Below the pieces are notes generated by a model. The model was given only the letters and a program-made list of their open reading frames with translations, made no database searches and was not told where the DNA came from. From the NCBI GenBank assembly GCA_025774555.1, contig JALGVT010000005.1, positions 382 through 64,381 on the forward strand: a stretch of DNA of 64,000 bases, read 5' to 3'. Origin of the DNA: a candidate division LCP-89 bacterium. GTDB taxonomy: Bacteria > Electryoneota > B3-LCP. Numbering within the stretch: position 1 is the stretch's first letter; each line of letters starts with the position of its first letter. Of the stretch, positions 37,945 through 48,628 are shown piece after piece. The position numbers and the translations under genes were made by a program.

Positions 37945-40900
37945 CGGATTACCATCAGTTTACCGGTTGTGGATTTTCCGTTCGGCGTCTTTATTACATA
38001 AATATAGACGCCGTAGGCAACATTCATTCCCTGGTGATTTTTAATATCCCAGAATTTATATCCCTCGCCGCTTTCAGACTTGTGGTGAAGAGTGACAACC
38101 CTGTTCGCTGAAACAGTGTAAATGGCTATATCGCATTCGGCGGGAAGATGAGTGAACATAACTTTCGATTCGTAAGGATTGCTCTCCAGACCAGAGCTGA
38201 CAATCAGAGGATTTGGGACCACTTTAACTCTGGATAAGACATCCTCAGTTGCATCGTTTATGATAGGCGCCTGCGTATCAAATCGATAGACCATCCCGGA
38301 ATTAAAGGGTTTAAAGGTTATTAATGCGAAAACATCGCCAACGGATGGAGGAATAGCGTCTGCAGGACCATTCTGAGTTTTAATCCAGACTTCTGAACCT
38401 GTGGTATCGACTTCATCGTCACGCAGGATAAGCATATCGGGCCATAACGTGCCGAGATCGCCATTTGGATTATACGCCGCGCCACCTGGTATCAAATCCC
38501 AGCCATAAGGACCCAGAGACGGTATTGAACCGAACGCTAAGATCAAATCCGAGATGAGCAGGTGATCGGTTGCATCGACCCAAACACCTCCAGAATCATA
38601 TACCGATCTCTCAACTTTCAGGTTTACCCATACTGCAGAATCTCCCGCTTCATATCCAAATCCACCGGCAATTACAGGACACAGAATAGAGTCTTCTGTT
38701 ATCGTGATGCGCCAGTCATCCAGACCGATTACGATCTCTTCGTAGGATTGGTTATTTCCCGGATGACGATTCTCTGTCCACCAATCGAAAGTGGTAACGC
38801 TGTCAGGATCGGAACTTCCAGAAGGCGTCTGCCAGCCTATCTGGTTCACCCCGAAGCCTTCAACGTTCTTTGCAAAGAGCCGAAAACCATTGACGATGGG
38901 CAGATCGTCACCAGTTAGTGATATGTTTTGATAAGTGAACTCTTCACCGGTTATTGCGTCAATGAACTGGAAGGTACTATCCGTAATGTCCTCCAGGTTC
39001 AGGGTCGGTTGATAAGTTGTGTCTTCGGCTACAATAACCGTATCGCCAAAATCGTTGAAAGTTATCTCATAGGTATGATCTAAAAGTTTCCCCGGATCGA
39101 CAATTATTACTTCGAGTTGACCGTCGGCAATCTTGCCCTCCTGTTCCACCGGCATTGGTGTAGATCCGGGCGTAATGTTTGATGATTGCGTATGAGGCAC
39201 CGCCGCGATAACGTTGACTTCGTATTCGGAAACACCCAGAACATTTTCATAACTGGGCTCAGTCAAAGACGGGTCTGTCGGATCGAAAACACCTTTGTCG
39301 TAGGCAGTAACACAGTACCATACTTCCTGACCGTTGACCACATTGGAATCTGTGAATGCGTGAAAGATTCCAGTGTCGTCGCCGAGCCATTTATTGGCAT
39401 TGGGAAAATCAGGACCGTACGCTGGATCTATCCCTGTAAGACTGTCCACAAGATCGCATTGTGCTATGGGAATCCACCCGATAATGTCGCCGTAATAATT
39501 GGTGACAGGATCACCCCAGGTATCACCAAAATTCTCGCTTTTATACAGTTTGTAGCCTTCAAAATCCATTGTGCAGTTGATAGGATCGATGCTGCTTTCA
39601 GCGCGGTTGTCCCAGAATAGGTTGACCACGCCATCGCCAGCCGTGGCTGTCAGTATTGGCGTCAATGGAGGACCCGAGCCCTGGTATGAAAGATCATTTC
39701 CCATGTAATAAGCCGTCGAAGCATTCAGTCGCAGGTCGGTGGAATCCTCGCCTATGGCGAATACGATTGAAAAATCTACGCTGTCACCCGCTGACAATTG
39801 AAATGGACCGCTGCCGAAAGTAAAGGTGATCTCCGTGCCGGGCAGACTGTTGTTATCCACTTCATTCCACAGTGCAGGATCATCGAAGGCAGTGTCAGAA
39901 CCGTGGAAGTATTCATCGATATTGGGCAGGGGAGAGGCATCATCGTTTTTGAGCATAGCCGCGAAGTACTGGTCATCGGTCGGAGACCAGTCATCGTGGT
40001 AATAATGAAAGGAAGTTACACCCATATCGTTCGGGCTCTCAATCATACCCATGCCTATGTATCCGACCGGACCTTCCCATAAATCTTCAAAATGCGAGGA
40101 ATCGTCACGCTGGGCGACGCCGTTGTGATCCCATTTATAGAAGAAAGCGGGGTTTTCATTATACTCATCGAAAGTCCAGTGCTGAATGTAGTCGTCTGCG
40201 TAGAAATCCGGTTTCAGATCAGCCTGAAAACCGATGTAACAGGAATCATAGTCAGCGCTGCCTTCATTGAACAGGCGATATTTAATAAATATTAAATCCT
40301 CAGCATAGTATCTGCCATAGCAGTACACCGTCTGATCAACACGCAGACCCATGCCGTAGTCGTCCTGCAGTACACAGAAGATATCACGATCAGAAGTAAA
40401 TTCACCCGGCACGCTATTCCCCGGATTCTGAAGATTATCCCGGTAATACCCGGGCCAGGTCGGGGTTCCGTTTATAATGGGCCAGGTATCGCGCATGTCG
40501 CTGAAAGCCATAAACGGCGTAATGCCGTCACCGGCAGTATTAAAATCGTTGCGCACGTCATTATAGTACAATCCCAACGATCCATCGCAAGCTTCCCATC
40601 CAAAATCTAAAGCCGCCGATGATTGGTCATAGACGGAAGTGATAATATTATCGTCAGCTATCATCATAAAACTAACGCCGAATCCGTAATGCTGCACGTC
40701 TGAGCCTGATCTGGGCCAATGAAGCGCCGGGCTGCCGAGGTGGAAGTTCGAGAGCACTCCGTAATTAGTGAAAATGTTGGACAGTTCGCCTTTATCAGCC
40801 AATCCTAAAGCTCTATCGCTTACAGAGTTTATTCCATCGGGACGAAACCAGCGATCCGGGTCTTTCAGATAATGAAGACCGGCTTTTTGTTTGTCCTGCG

Positions 40901-40946
40901 CGAAGAGCAGCGCAGGGATGAACAGCATTATTAGCAGACGTCGCAT
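37941..40946 (-). CDS. Large secreted protein with T9SS C-terminal domain, co-operonic with porV (PorU-like candidate; catalytic motifs not verified)
   Basis: Signal peptide MRRLLIMLFIPALLFAQD. 1001 aa. C-terminal CTD-like tail (..IAIYTVSANRVVTL..GYKFWDIKN..GVYIYVIKT..KLMVIR). Immediately upstream of and overlapping porV, the position PorU holds in Bacteroidetes. I could not recognise C25 motifs by eye. Confidence 0.5.
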   Translation of the reverse strand: MRRLLIMLFIPALLFAQDKQKAGLHYLKDPDRWFRPDGINSVSDRALGLADKGELSNIFTNYGVLSNFHLGSPALHWPRSGSDVQHYGFGVSFMMIADDNIITSVYDQSSAALDFGWEACDGSLGLYYNDVRNDFNTAGDGITPFMAFSDMRDTWPIINGTPTWPGYYRDNLQNPGNSVPGEFTSDRDIFCVLQDDYGMGLRVDQTVYCYGRYYAEDLIFIKYRLFNEGSADYDSCYIGFQADLKPDFYADDYIQHWTFDEYNENPAFFYKWDHNGVAQRDDSSHFEDLWEGPVGYIGMGMIESPNDMGVTSFHYYHDDWSPTDDQYFAAMLKNDDASPLPNIDEYFHGSDTAFDDPALWNEVDNNSLPGTEITFTFGSGPFQLSAGDSVDFSIVFAIGEDSTDLRLNASTAYYMGNDLSYQGSGPPLTPILTATAGDGVVNLFWDNRAESSIDPINCTMDFEGYKLYKSENFGDTWGDPVTNYYGDIIGWIPIAQCDLVDSLTGIDPAYGPDFPNANKWLGDDTGIFHAFTDSNVVNGQEVWYCVTAYDKGVFDPTDPSLTEPSYENVLGVSEYEVNVIAAVPHTQSSNITPGSTPMPVEQEGKIADGQLEVIIVDPGKLLDHTYEITFNDFGDTVIVAEDTTYQPTLNLEDITDSTFQFIDAITGEEFTYQNISLTGDDLPIVNGFRLFAKNVEGFGVNQIGWQTPSGSSDPDSVTTFDWWTENRHPGNNQSYEEIVIGLDDWRITITEDSILCPVIAGGFGYEAGDSAVWVNLKVERSVYDSGGVWVDATDHLLISDLILAFGSIPSLGPYGWDLIPGGAAYNPNGDLGTLWPDMLILRDDEVDTTGSEVWIKTQNGPADAIPPSVGDVFALITFKPFNSGMVYRFDTQAPIINDATEDVLSRVKVVPNPLIVSSGLESNPYESKVMFTHLPAECDIAIYTVSANRVVTLHHKSESGEGYKFWDIKNHQGMNVAYGVYIYVIKTPNGKSTTGKLMVIR

Positions 40947-40964
40947 AATATCGTATATTTGTGA

Positions 40965-43628
40965 TTAGAACTTCGCTTGAAGACCGATTTTAATGATTCT
41001 TGGTCTATCTACTTTTGACGGATTGTAAAGTTGATCCAGCGCTATTGCGTCGCTCGCTGTGGGTGATTCCCACGGTTCTCCGGTGCGCGAATTTACTCGA
41101 AGATCGTTGGTCAGATCGAAGAGGTTCTCAACGTAGGCGAGCAGCATCACTTTTACAGGCGTATTAACTAACGGTTTTGTGAAGCGGATATCGACTGTTG
41201 CAGTAGGATCCATCCGGGAGGAGTTGGTGAGCGCCAAACGTTCGCCAGCTCCGGTATAAGGAGTGTAAGGAAGACCACTCGACCAGGACGCGGTAGCGCC
41301 TAAGGTTATATCGGAAAGTAGAGCTTTAATGGTCTGCCCTCCGCTGACAGCGCCGCTCTGCCATATCAGCATGGCGTTCAATACGTGGCGTCGGTCGAAA
41401 TCCAGGTAGTATTCCTGAAAGGCTTCCGGTTGTTGATAATAGACGTTCCAGAAACCTTCGAGAGGCTCGGATGAATTGCCTTTCGCCACGGAATAGGTGT
41501 AATTGCCTTCAAACGACCAGTGATCTGAGAAAGTGCGGCTTATCCCTAATTCAACGCCAATCACAGACGCATAGTCGATATTCCTGAAAAGAGCATAGTT
41601 GTATTTGGTGCCTATTCTAACCTGTTTAGTGCCGACAAGGTCGGTAATGTCTTTGTAGAAAGCTGTAACTTTAAATCCTAAATTATCACTGAGATTCCCC
41701 TTCAAACCGACCTCGTAGGCAACCGTTCGTTGAGGTTTCAATGACCTGTTACCCACCGCGTCGAAGGCGCGTCCAGCTAAAGTATCAGGATTCAGATCGA
41801 CGCTATTCATAAAGAGAGTCTCATAATGCGGATACTGAAAGAAGTGACCATAAGCGAAATAGAGACTCATTCTATCATTGATCGGATGCGCTAAACCGAG
41901 ACGCGGACTGAACTGATATTCTGCATCGACCTGCGTCATCCCCGAATCGGGATTTTCAGGATTAGACCAGCCTTCGGTGCGTGGATCAACATAGTCCAAT
42001 CTGATTCCCGCATTGACGACCATATAGGAAAGCTCTATCTTATCCTGAATATAAGCGCCCAGTTCAATCGGATTCTCAACGTATGAATCGATAATTCCGG
42101 CAGGCTGGTCATTCTCGTCTATGGTTAATTCACGGATGTCAAGCATTTCGATTTCTAAGAGTCGCGCTTCAATGCCAGATTTCAACAAGTGGTGATTTCC
42201 ATATTGAAATGTGCCGTCCGTCTTCAGGGAGTAAGTCTCAGTACGGCTCTCACGCCAGACGTCAGACCAGTCGGTCTCTTCATAGAAATTGAATTTGAAA
42301 TCCTTCTGTTGATAACCGCTTTCAAGGTAATCATCCCACTCTTCAAACAATTTTGCATCATGAGATTGTCTGTAATAACCCAGGGATACGTCGAAGAAGG
42401 CACGCTTGCTTAAAGGGTGTGTCCAGCGAAGATCATACCGTGTATCACGCAGGAAATGCTTGTGATAATGCTCCGGCACATATTTCCAGTCGTGGTTGTA
42501 GGTCTGATAGTTTTCCCAGCCCATTCCTGTCGAAAATGAAATCTTTCCGCCGCTGCCATACGATTGAGTAATCTTAGCTATCAGTGAACGCTCCTGTTCG
42601 TAGCCGAATGGCAGATATCCATTTTCGTTATTCACCATCCCGCTAATGAAGAAATGCGTGTTATCCGCCAGTTTTAAAGGACCGCTCGTAGTAAGCGCCA
42701 GACGCCCGACCGTGCCCAGGATATTCGTAGGTTCATCCAGCACATCGTTGGGTTCGTAGAGTGAATTACCATCAGCATCCCTGATCACATCGTAGTTTTT
42801 ACCTGCCCAGTCAGTTTCGCGGTAAGGGCTGGAATTGATCATAGGCGATAAATATTCAACGTTGACGCTCAGATCATCACCGCCTTCTCTGGTGATAATC
42901 TGAACTACACCCGACATAGCGTCGCCGTATTCGGCGTTGAAGGTGCCGGATAGCAGCGTCAATTCCTGCACCGCTTCTCGATTGATAAAAAGCGAGCTTT
43001 CTCCGGTAATGGGATTTTCAATGCGCTGACCGTCCACGTAATAGACAATTTCACCAGATCTGCCGCCGCGAAGGTGAAGCTCACCGTAAGCGTCCGTAAC
43101 TGCGCCAGCTTGCAACTCTAAAGCCTGAGTGATGGTTTCAACAGGAAGCTCTTCCAGCAGTTCCTGACGAACGACAGACCGCGAGGAAGTCTCCTGCAGA
43201 TCGACAGGCGGTTTTTCCCAGGTTACGACGACTTCATCCATTTGAAGGACTGATGGAACCAGCGAGAGATTAAGCCAGGTCGTTTGACCGCTGTTCACCT
43301 GGACGCCGATGATTTTCTTTGAAGAATAACCGAGCAGAGACGAGGTGATCTCGTAAGTGCCCGGCGATACGTTCAGGATGAAGTACTCGCCATTGATATC
43401 GGTTGCAGATCCCAGAGGCGTTTCTTCGATAATCACATTGGCGTCGATCAGCGCCGCGCCTGTTTCGCTATCCGTAACCCTTCCGGCGATCTTCCCTGTC
43501 TGAGCTAAGGAAGGGGTGGATAAGATGAAAAGAAGGGTCAGTATCAGGGATAAGCGAAGTAGAGAGATAATTCGTATTCTGCGTGATTCAGATGGGAATC
43601 TGATTACGAGTTTGGGAGGATTATTCAT
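40965..43628 (-). CDS. TonB-dependent outer-membrane receptor with N-terminal carboxypeptidase-regulatory-like domain
   Basis: CarbopepD_reg-like domain (..GKIAGRVTDSETGAALIDANVIIEETPLG..TDINGEYFI..), plug domain, long beta-barrel ending ..GLQAKF (C-terminal Phe). Confidence 0.8.
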   Translation of the reverse strand: MNNPPKLVIRFPSESRRIRIISLLRLSLILTLLFILSTPSLAQTGKIAGRVTDSETGAALIDANVIIEETPLGSATDINGEYFILNVSPGTYEITSSLLGYSSKKIIGVQVNSGQTTWLNLSLVPSVLQMDEVVVTWEKPPVDLQETSSRSVVRQELLEELPVETITQALELQAGAVTDAYGELHLRGGRSGEIVYYVDGQRIENPITGESSLFINREAVQELTLLSGTFNAEYGDAMSGVVQIITREGGDDLSVNVEYLSPMINSSPYRETDWAGKNYDVIRDADGNSLYEPNDVLDEPTNILGTVGRLALTTSGPLKLADNTHFFISGMVNNENGYLPFGYEQERSLIAKITQSYGSGGKISFSTGMGWENYQTYNHDWKYVPEHYHKHFLRDTRYDLRWTHPLSKRAFFDVSLGYYRQSHDAKLFEEWDDYLESGYQQKDFKFNFYEETDWSDVWRESRTETYSLKTDGTFQYGNHHLLKSGIEARLLEIEMLDIRELTIDENDQPAGIIDSYVENPIELGAYIQDKIELSYMVVNAGIRLDYVDPRTEGWSNPENPDSGMTQVDAEYQFSPRLGLAHPINDRMSLYFAYGHFFQYPHYETLFMNSVDLNPDTLAGRAFDAVGNRSLKPQRTVAYEVGLKGNLSDNLGFKVTAFYKDITDLVGTKQVRIGTKYNYALFRNIDYASVIGVELGISRTFSDHWSFEGNYTYSVAKGNSSEPLEGFWNVYYQQPEAFQEYYLDFDRRHVLNAMLIWQSGAVSGGQTIKALLSDITLGATASWSSGLPYTPYTGAGERLALTNSSRMDPTATVDIRFTKPLVNTPVKVMLLAYVENLFDLTNDLRVNSRTGEPWESPTASDAIALDQLYNPSKVDRPRIIKIGLQAKF

Positions 43629-43663
43629 ATTATTACTGCAAATGATTGATTTGCAATGGATTG

Positions 43664-46333
43664 TTATTTCAAGTAGACTGCTTTACGGCTTAACGTCAAG
43701 CCTGACGAGGTCAGGTTGATGATGTAAATTCCCGAAGATATCTGATTGTCTGCCTGCCAGGTCCAGAAACTTCTGCCAGCGGGCGCTCTATTCTGATGCA
43801 TAGCGGCAATACGCTCTCCCTGAATGTTGAATATCTCTATTTCAACCGGAGCAGATTGTGGTAAATCATAAGCAATTCTAAGCTGCGAATTGAAGGGATT
43901 GGGGTAGGGAAGATGCAGCGCCATTTTACTGGGTATTTGGTTTTCATCGGGCATTTCAACTGGAATTATTCCAAACTCTTCAAACATCATACTTAACAGG
44001 TCATAACGTGTGTTACCCGATGAGGTGGAATCGTTGATGCCTTCGATGCCGAAGCAGCAGTAGAACAGATCGCTGACGGCAGTCTGCACGCGCACTCCGG
44101 CGAGTTCATCGGGATTTTCTTGACGATAGATGAAGGTCGGTTCTGACCCGACCGGAAGCGCGGTAATGACGTCCATAGAATACTGATTCCAGGCGCCGCC
44201 GCTGCCAGCCATCACAAAATACAAATCTTCGGTCAAGGGATTCCCTTCGATTCCTCTGACGGTGAGTATCTCGGCGTGAGGCGCTAAATAGCTTACTCTG
44301 AAGATGTTCGTCAGAATAGAAGGCTGGCTTACCGATAAATCCTCGGCAACGTTTTGCCCAGTAACTATCATTTTTCCCCCGGAATCCAAGTATTCGTCAA
44401 GGTCATCCCAGTCGCCAGCCGGGAAGATATTCGTCTCCGCTGTGCCCGAGAAGTGGATTACCGCCTCATATTCCATCAATTCCGTTCCGAGAATTTCGCG
44501 GTCATTCCGTTTCCATGTTTCACTGGTGTAGCCGATTTGATCTAAAGCATCTTCATAGTAGATAGATGTGTTCTCTTCATTGTTCTGGTCAGCGTCTATA
44601 ATTAGAATCTGTGCTCTACCTACAGGTATCTGAAGGATTTGAGAATAATTAAAGCTATCACCGGTAATTTGAGCTTCCACTTCGATAATCTCGAAGTCAT
44701 CGTCTCCCTGCTGGACATTGATCACAAACGGCTCGGCGCTGTTATCTCCGACTTGTCCTTGAATCAGATTGCCTGCGTAGTGGTTTGATTGCGTGAAACT
44801 GACTGCTGGGTTTGAGCTGCTGACCGTGATGTTGACATTGTTTGCGGTATCGAAGAATTTGTGATACTGCACAAATAGCGACCCATCTTGATTAAACAGG
44901 AGGCGGTCGCCACCCTGCCCGTTGTCAACCCAAATTGAATCAATAGTGACAAATAGATCAACAGCCTTAGCGGCATTTAGACGTCCGCCGCCCATCATGC
45001 CGACATAGCCGGGATTCTGAGTATCTATATTGTCAGCAGTCCAATACAACCAAGAACTTACGTCAGCGATGCCCCATTCAGGTTTTAAGGATTTGACAGA
45101 AGCGGCAACTCCGGCAGTGACAGGTGTTGCCATTGAGGTGCCGCTCATACTGCCGTAACCTTCTATCAGAGTGGACTTGATACCGTCTCCCGGCGCGCAT
45201 ACTGTTATCCACGTTCCATAGTTTGTGAAGTCAGCCAGCACATCTCCCGGAGCCGTCGCCGCAACAGCAATTACGAAGTCATAGCCGGCAGGGTACTGGA
45301 TACTGCTTGATGCATCGTTTCCAGCCGCTGCAATAGGGATCAAACCGTAATTGCTTGCCATTTCCAGAGTAGCGCTGAAATAAGGCACAACGCCGGGACC
45401 TCCGAAACTCATAGAGAGCACTTCAGCGTCCATATCGACGGCATAATAGACAGCCTGCATGGCAGCATACAGATCGACATATCCCATTCCGCTCGATGAT
45501 AAATATCCAGCGCGCAGCGCCATAATCTGGCAGTCGAATCCCGGTGATGCGACTCCGATACCGTTATTTGTCACTGCGCAGGCGTCTCCGGCGCAGTGTG
45601 TGCCATGCCCGTCGAAATCTGAAGGATCATTATCGGGCGGACCCGGGTCTTCGCCGGGCCAGACGGCAGATGAATCCAGATCAATCCAGTCCCAGCCCCA
45701 GAAATCGTCAATATAACCGTTGCCGTCGTTGTCGATGCTGTCAATCTCAGAAGGCTCTATGAAGCGGTTGTTATTTAAATCTTCACCCGAGTTCATCCAT
45801 ATATTAGCAGATAGGTCAGGATGCAGATAGTTCACGCCGCCGTCTATGATAGCAACCTGAACGTCAGAAGAGCCTCTGTGAATTGCCCAGGCAGCCGGCG
45901 TCTGAATCGCCTCAATGTGCCACTGTCCCGGAATCAGCATATCATCCGGATTGAACTTCAGTTCATCCCAGGGAACCAACACAGAAGGCCAGGCATTCTT
46001 CGTGCCCTGCCATGATTTCAGTTGCGCTATAGCATCTTCAACACTGACCTCGGACGGAAAAGATACTAAGTATAGTTCAGGATAGTGCCGCTGCGCCGAT
46101 TGAATTAAAGTTTCAGCGGATATTCCCACCAGAATCGCATCCAGATCGGCGTCACCTGTGTACACTTCGCCGTTATTTAATTGCTGGGGCGAAGTGAGTA
46201 GAGGCTGTACCATTTCAAGGACAACTTTGCCCGATCTGACAGTATTCCATTCGAATGCGGATTCGATATCATCGGCAACGGCGCTCATGCCTAAAAAGCA
46301 GACAAGCGCCGTTGCAAGGAGAATGTTTTTCAT
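43664..46333 (-). CDS. Subtilisin-like S8 serine peptidase with T9SS C-terminal sorting domain
   Basis: Catalytic triad motifs VAIIDGGV (Asp), DGHGTHCAG (His), GTSMATP (Ser). CTD ..LPYPNPFNSQLRIAYDLP..IEIFNIQGERIA..GIYIINL..VYLK. Confidence 0.85.
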   Translation of the reverse strand: MKNILLATALVCFLGMSAVADDIESAFEWNTVRSGKVVLEMVQPLLTSPQQLNNGEVYTGDADLDAILVGISAETLIQSAQRHYPELYLVSFPSEVSVEDAIAQLKSWQGTKNAWPSVLVPWDELKFNPDDMLIPGQWHIEAIQTPAAWAIHRGSSDVQVAIIDGGVNYLHPDLSANIWMNSGEDLNNNRFIEPSEIDSIDNDGNGYIDDFWGWDWIDLDSSAVWPGEDPGPPDNDPSDFDGHGTHCAGDACAVTNNGIGVASPGFDCQIMALRAGYLSSSGMGYVDLYAAMQAVYYAVDMDAEVLSMSFGGPGVVPYFSATLEMASNYGLIPIAAAGNDASSSIQYPAGYDFVIAVAATAPGDVLADFTNYGTWITVCAPGDGIKSTLIEGYGSMSGTSMATPVTAGVAASVKSLKPEWGIADVSSWLYWTADNIDTQNPGYVGMMGGGRLNAAKAVDLFVTIDSIWVDNGQGGDRLLFNQDGSLFVQYHKFFDTANNVNITVSSSNPAVSFTQSNHYAGNLIQGQVGDNSAEPFVINVQQGDDDFEIIEVEAQITGDSFNYSQILQIPVGRAQILIIDADQNNEENTSIYYEDALDQIGYTSETWKRNDREILGTELMEYEAVIHFSGTAETNIFPAGDWDDLDEYLDSGGKMIVTGQNVAEDLSVSQPSILTNIFRVSYLAPHAEILTVRGIEGNPLTEDLYFVMAGSGGAWNQYSMDVITALPVGSEPTFIYRQENPDELAGVRVQTAVSDLFYCCFGIEGINDSTSSGNTRYDLLSMMFEEFGIIPVEMPDENQIPSKMALHLPYPNPFNSQLRIAYDLPQSAPVEIEIFNIQGERIAAMHQNRAPAGRSFWTWQADNQISSGIYIINLTSSGLTLSRKAVYLK

Positions 46334-46357
46334 CTTACGATCATCTATTTAGTGTGA

Positions 46358-48058
46358 TTATTTTACCAGTAACAACGGTTGAACGGATCGTTGTCCGTTG
46401 CCGTCCAATACGGCGAAATATGTGCCAGCCGCAATCTCTTCGCCTGACCACGTTACTTCCCAAACGCCGGCAGGATGGAAACCGTCAGTCAGCACCGCAA
46501 TCTCACGTCCTGCTACGTCAAAGATCGACAGCTTTAATATGCCAGGTTCTATATTTTCGTAACGCAGGGCAACTGTTGGATTGAAAGGATTAGGATAGAC
46601 ACTGGATATCTTGAAATCTTCCGCCGAAGCGTTCAACTGTGAAGGATCCCACCAGATGCCCGGACCGGTGCCGACGTCAAAGCCTTCGAGGATCATATTA
46701 TTCCATTCTGCAAATTCATCCACCCAATTATCCGGGTCAATTGTCCATTCATAGTAGTGAAAGCCAAGTTCAGCAGTCCAGGGTGAGGTGACGGTTTGGT
46801 AAGTTTGTCCAGACTCCACCGATGGTATGGTTGTCAGGAAGAAGTCCTCGCCGTCAAGATCCATGGTGATGTTGAAAGCGCCCGATGCTCCTGTCCCCAT
46901 CGGTGTTGACCAGTGCAGGACAAAAAGCACTTCCTGATCTACGTAAGGTTCAGTTTGTATTGTGTCGCTGTCAGTTACCCAGGCGCTGTCCGCTGAAAAA
47001 TCGAAAGATCCCTCAGGAAGAACCAGGAAAGATTCCTCGAGTTCGTTGTTATCCTCATTCCCCTCGGGAACAGTCCCGCCAGAATCGAGCGTCCACCTTA
47101 GAGCGTGCTCGCCAAGTGTTGCTGTCCAGGCGTCTGACACAGTTTCATGCGTAGAATTCGGTTCGACGCCAGGATTATTATCGGTGAAAATCTCAATGTT
47201 GTCTATTTCAAGTTTAACATCAAATGCCGGACTTGTGCCAGGACCGTTGATGGCGTCCCAATCGAGCTGGAAGTGAATCTGCTGGTTTTCAGCCGGACGG
47301 ATCGTCATCTCCTGTAGAAATTCGTCGAGGTAATGATTATCCTGTGCAATGAAGTCGAAAGGTTGAGCGCCAGCATCACCCAGGACAATAATGTCATCGC
47401 AGTACACTTCATCAGCGCCGGTCATATTGAATACATATAGACCGAAGAAGCCACGGCTCGTTTGTGAATCGGTGTAAGGACAGCCGGAAAGTTCAGTGCC
47501 ATCCCAATATACCCAGATCTGATTCCCCTCGAATTTAATCCCCATCAGATGCCATTCATCCACCGTGGGAACACCGCCCGGGATTTCGGCTCCGGTCCAT
47601 TCCGCGATACTCTCGCCGGTTGCTCCGACGTATTTGCGCAGTTGAAGCCGCTGGCTGGCGTCGAAATCAGCGCGGAAACTGTAGAACGATCCGAGACCCC
47701 CAACGCTGTCCCATCTGGCGACTATTCCTTTATAAGGTCCCATCATGCCGCCGCCTGGAGTGATATAAACCTGAGCCTGGAATTCGTAATCAGTGTCATT
47801 CAGACTTCCAGCCAAAGCTGTGCCGACTTGTGCGGTCATGTCATTACCCACAAAGCCGACCCAGTTGTCGCCTGACGGGTTGCCTTCCCAGTAGTCAATT
47901 TCCATGTTATTGCCGCCTTCCCAGCCTGAGAACCAGTTCAGGGAAGCTGAACCATCAGTAAAGTATTCGGTGTAGAGTGTATCCTGTCCCCATACGCAGT
48001 TCACAGCAATCAGCAGGAAAGAAAAAACGATCAAACTTTTCATTGATTTCATGATCAT
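46358..48058 (-). CDS. Secreted T9SS cargo protein of unknown function
   Basis: Signal peptide. CTD ..KISSVYPNPFNPTVALRYE..LKLSIFDVAGREIAVL..GTYFAVL..LLLVK. Confidence 0.65.
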   Translation of the reverse strand: MIMKSMKSLIVFSFLLIAVNCVWGQDTLYTEYFTDGSASLNWFSGWEGGNNMEIDYWEGNPSGDNWVGFVGNDMTAQVGTALAGSLNDTDYEFQAQVYITPGGGMMGPYKGIVARWDSVGGLGSFYSFRADFDASQRLQLRKYVGATGESIAEWTGAEIPGGVPTVDEWHLMGIKFEGNQIWVYWDGTELSGCPYTDSQTSRGFFGLYVFNMTGADEVYCDDIIVLGDAGAQPFDFIAQDNHYLDEFLQEMTIRPAENQQIHFQLDWDAINGPGTSPAFDVKLEIDNIEIFTDNNPGVEPNSTHETVSDAWTATLGEHALRWTLDSGGTVPEGNEDNNELEESFLVLPEGSFDFSADSAWVTDSDTIQTEPYVDQEVLFVLHWSTPMGTGASGAFNITMDLDGEDFFLTTIPSVESGQTYQTVTSPWTAELGFHYYEWTIDPDNWVDEFAEWNNMILEGFDVGTGPGIWWDPSQLNASAEDFKISSVYPNPFNPTVALRYENIEPGILKLSIFDVAGREIAVLTDGFHPAGVWEVTWSGEEIAAGTYFAVLDGNGQRSVQPLLLVK

Positions 48059-48628
48059 ACCCCTATTATTACAGATTTTAGGTTTTATCGGTTAAACGCG
48101 TACGATTCAGATAGAATGGAATATAATAATTACCACACTGCAAACGACTGCATTAAAACATATTATAAATAAAACTGGCGTGAAATCCAAGTGATAAACA
48201 CCAAATAATTCTTTGGATTGCATGAATTTCACGTTTGCTGTGCTGATTATGCGTAATTTTACCTCACTCCTTTTGAATCATCGATGAGTTAGTCCAGCTG
48301 AATGGAAGCCCATACACAAGAAGAACTAGAGCATCTTATTGTTATATATAGAAATACAGTATATTATTGTATAATGCTAAACGTCAACCTCAGTGAATGG
48401 AATGAATTATGCGATATAATGGATCTTTAGTTGGATCAACCTAAAAAAAAGTACTTGATAAAGAAGAATATTTTTATTATATTATAGAGTCATAATCAAT
48501 CGAATATTCCAGCTTTAAAGTGGATGAATATTGCGAAGAGAATTTAAAGCTGGTATATGATAGAATCACTCAATAATTTACATACTCTCCTGGAAATCCA
48601 GTGAAGTTGAACAAGTAACGAGGTTGCT

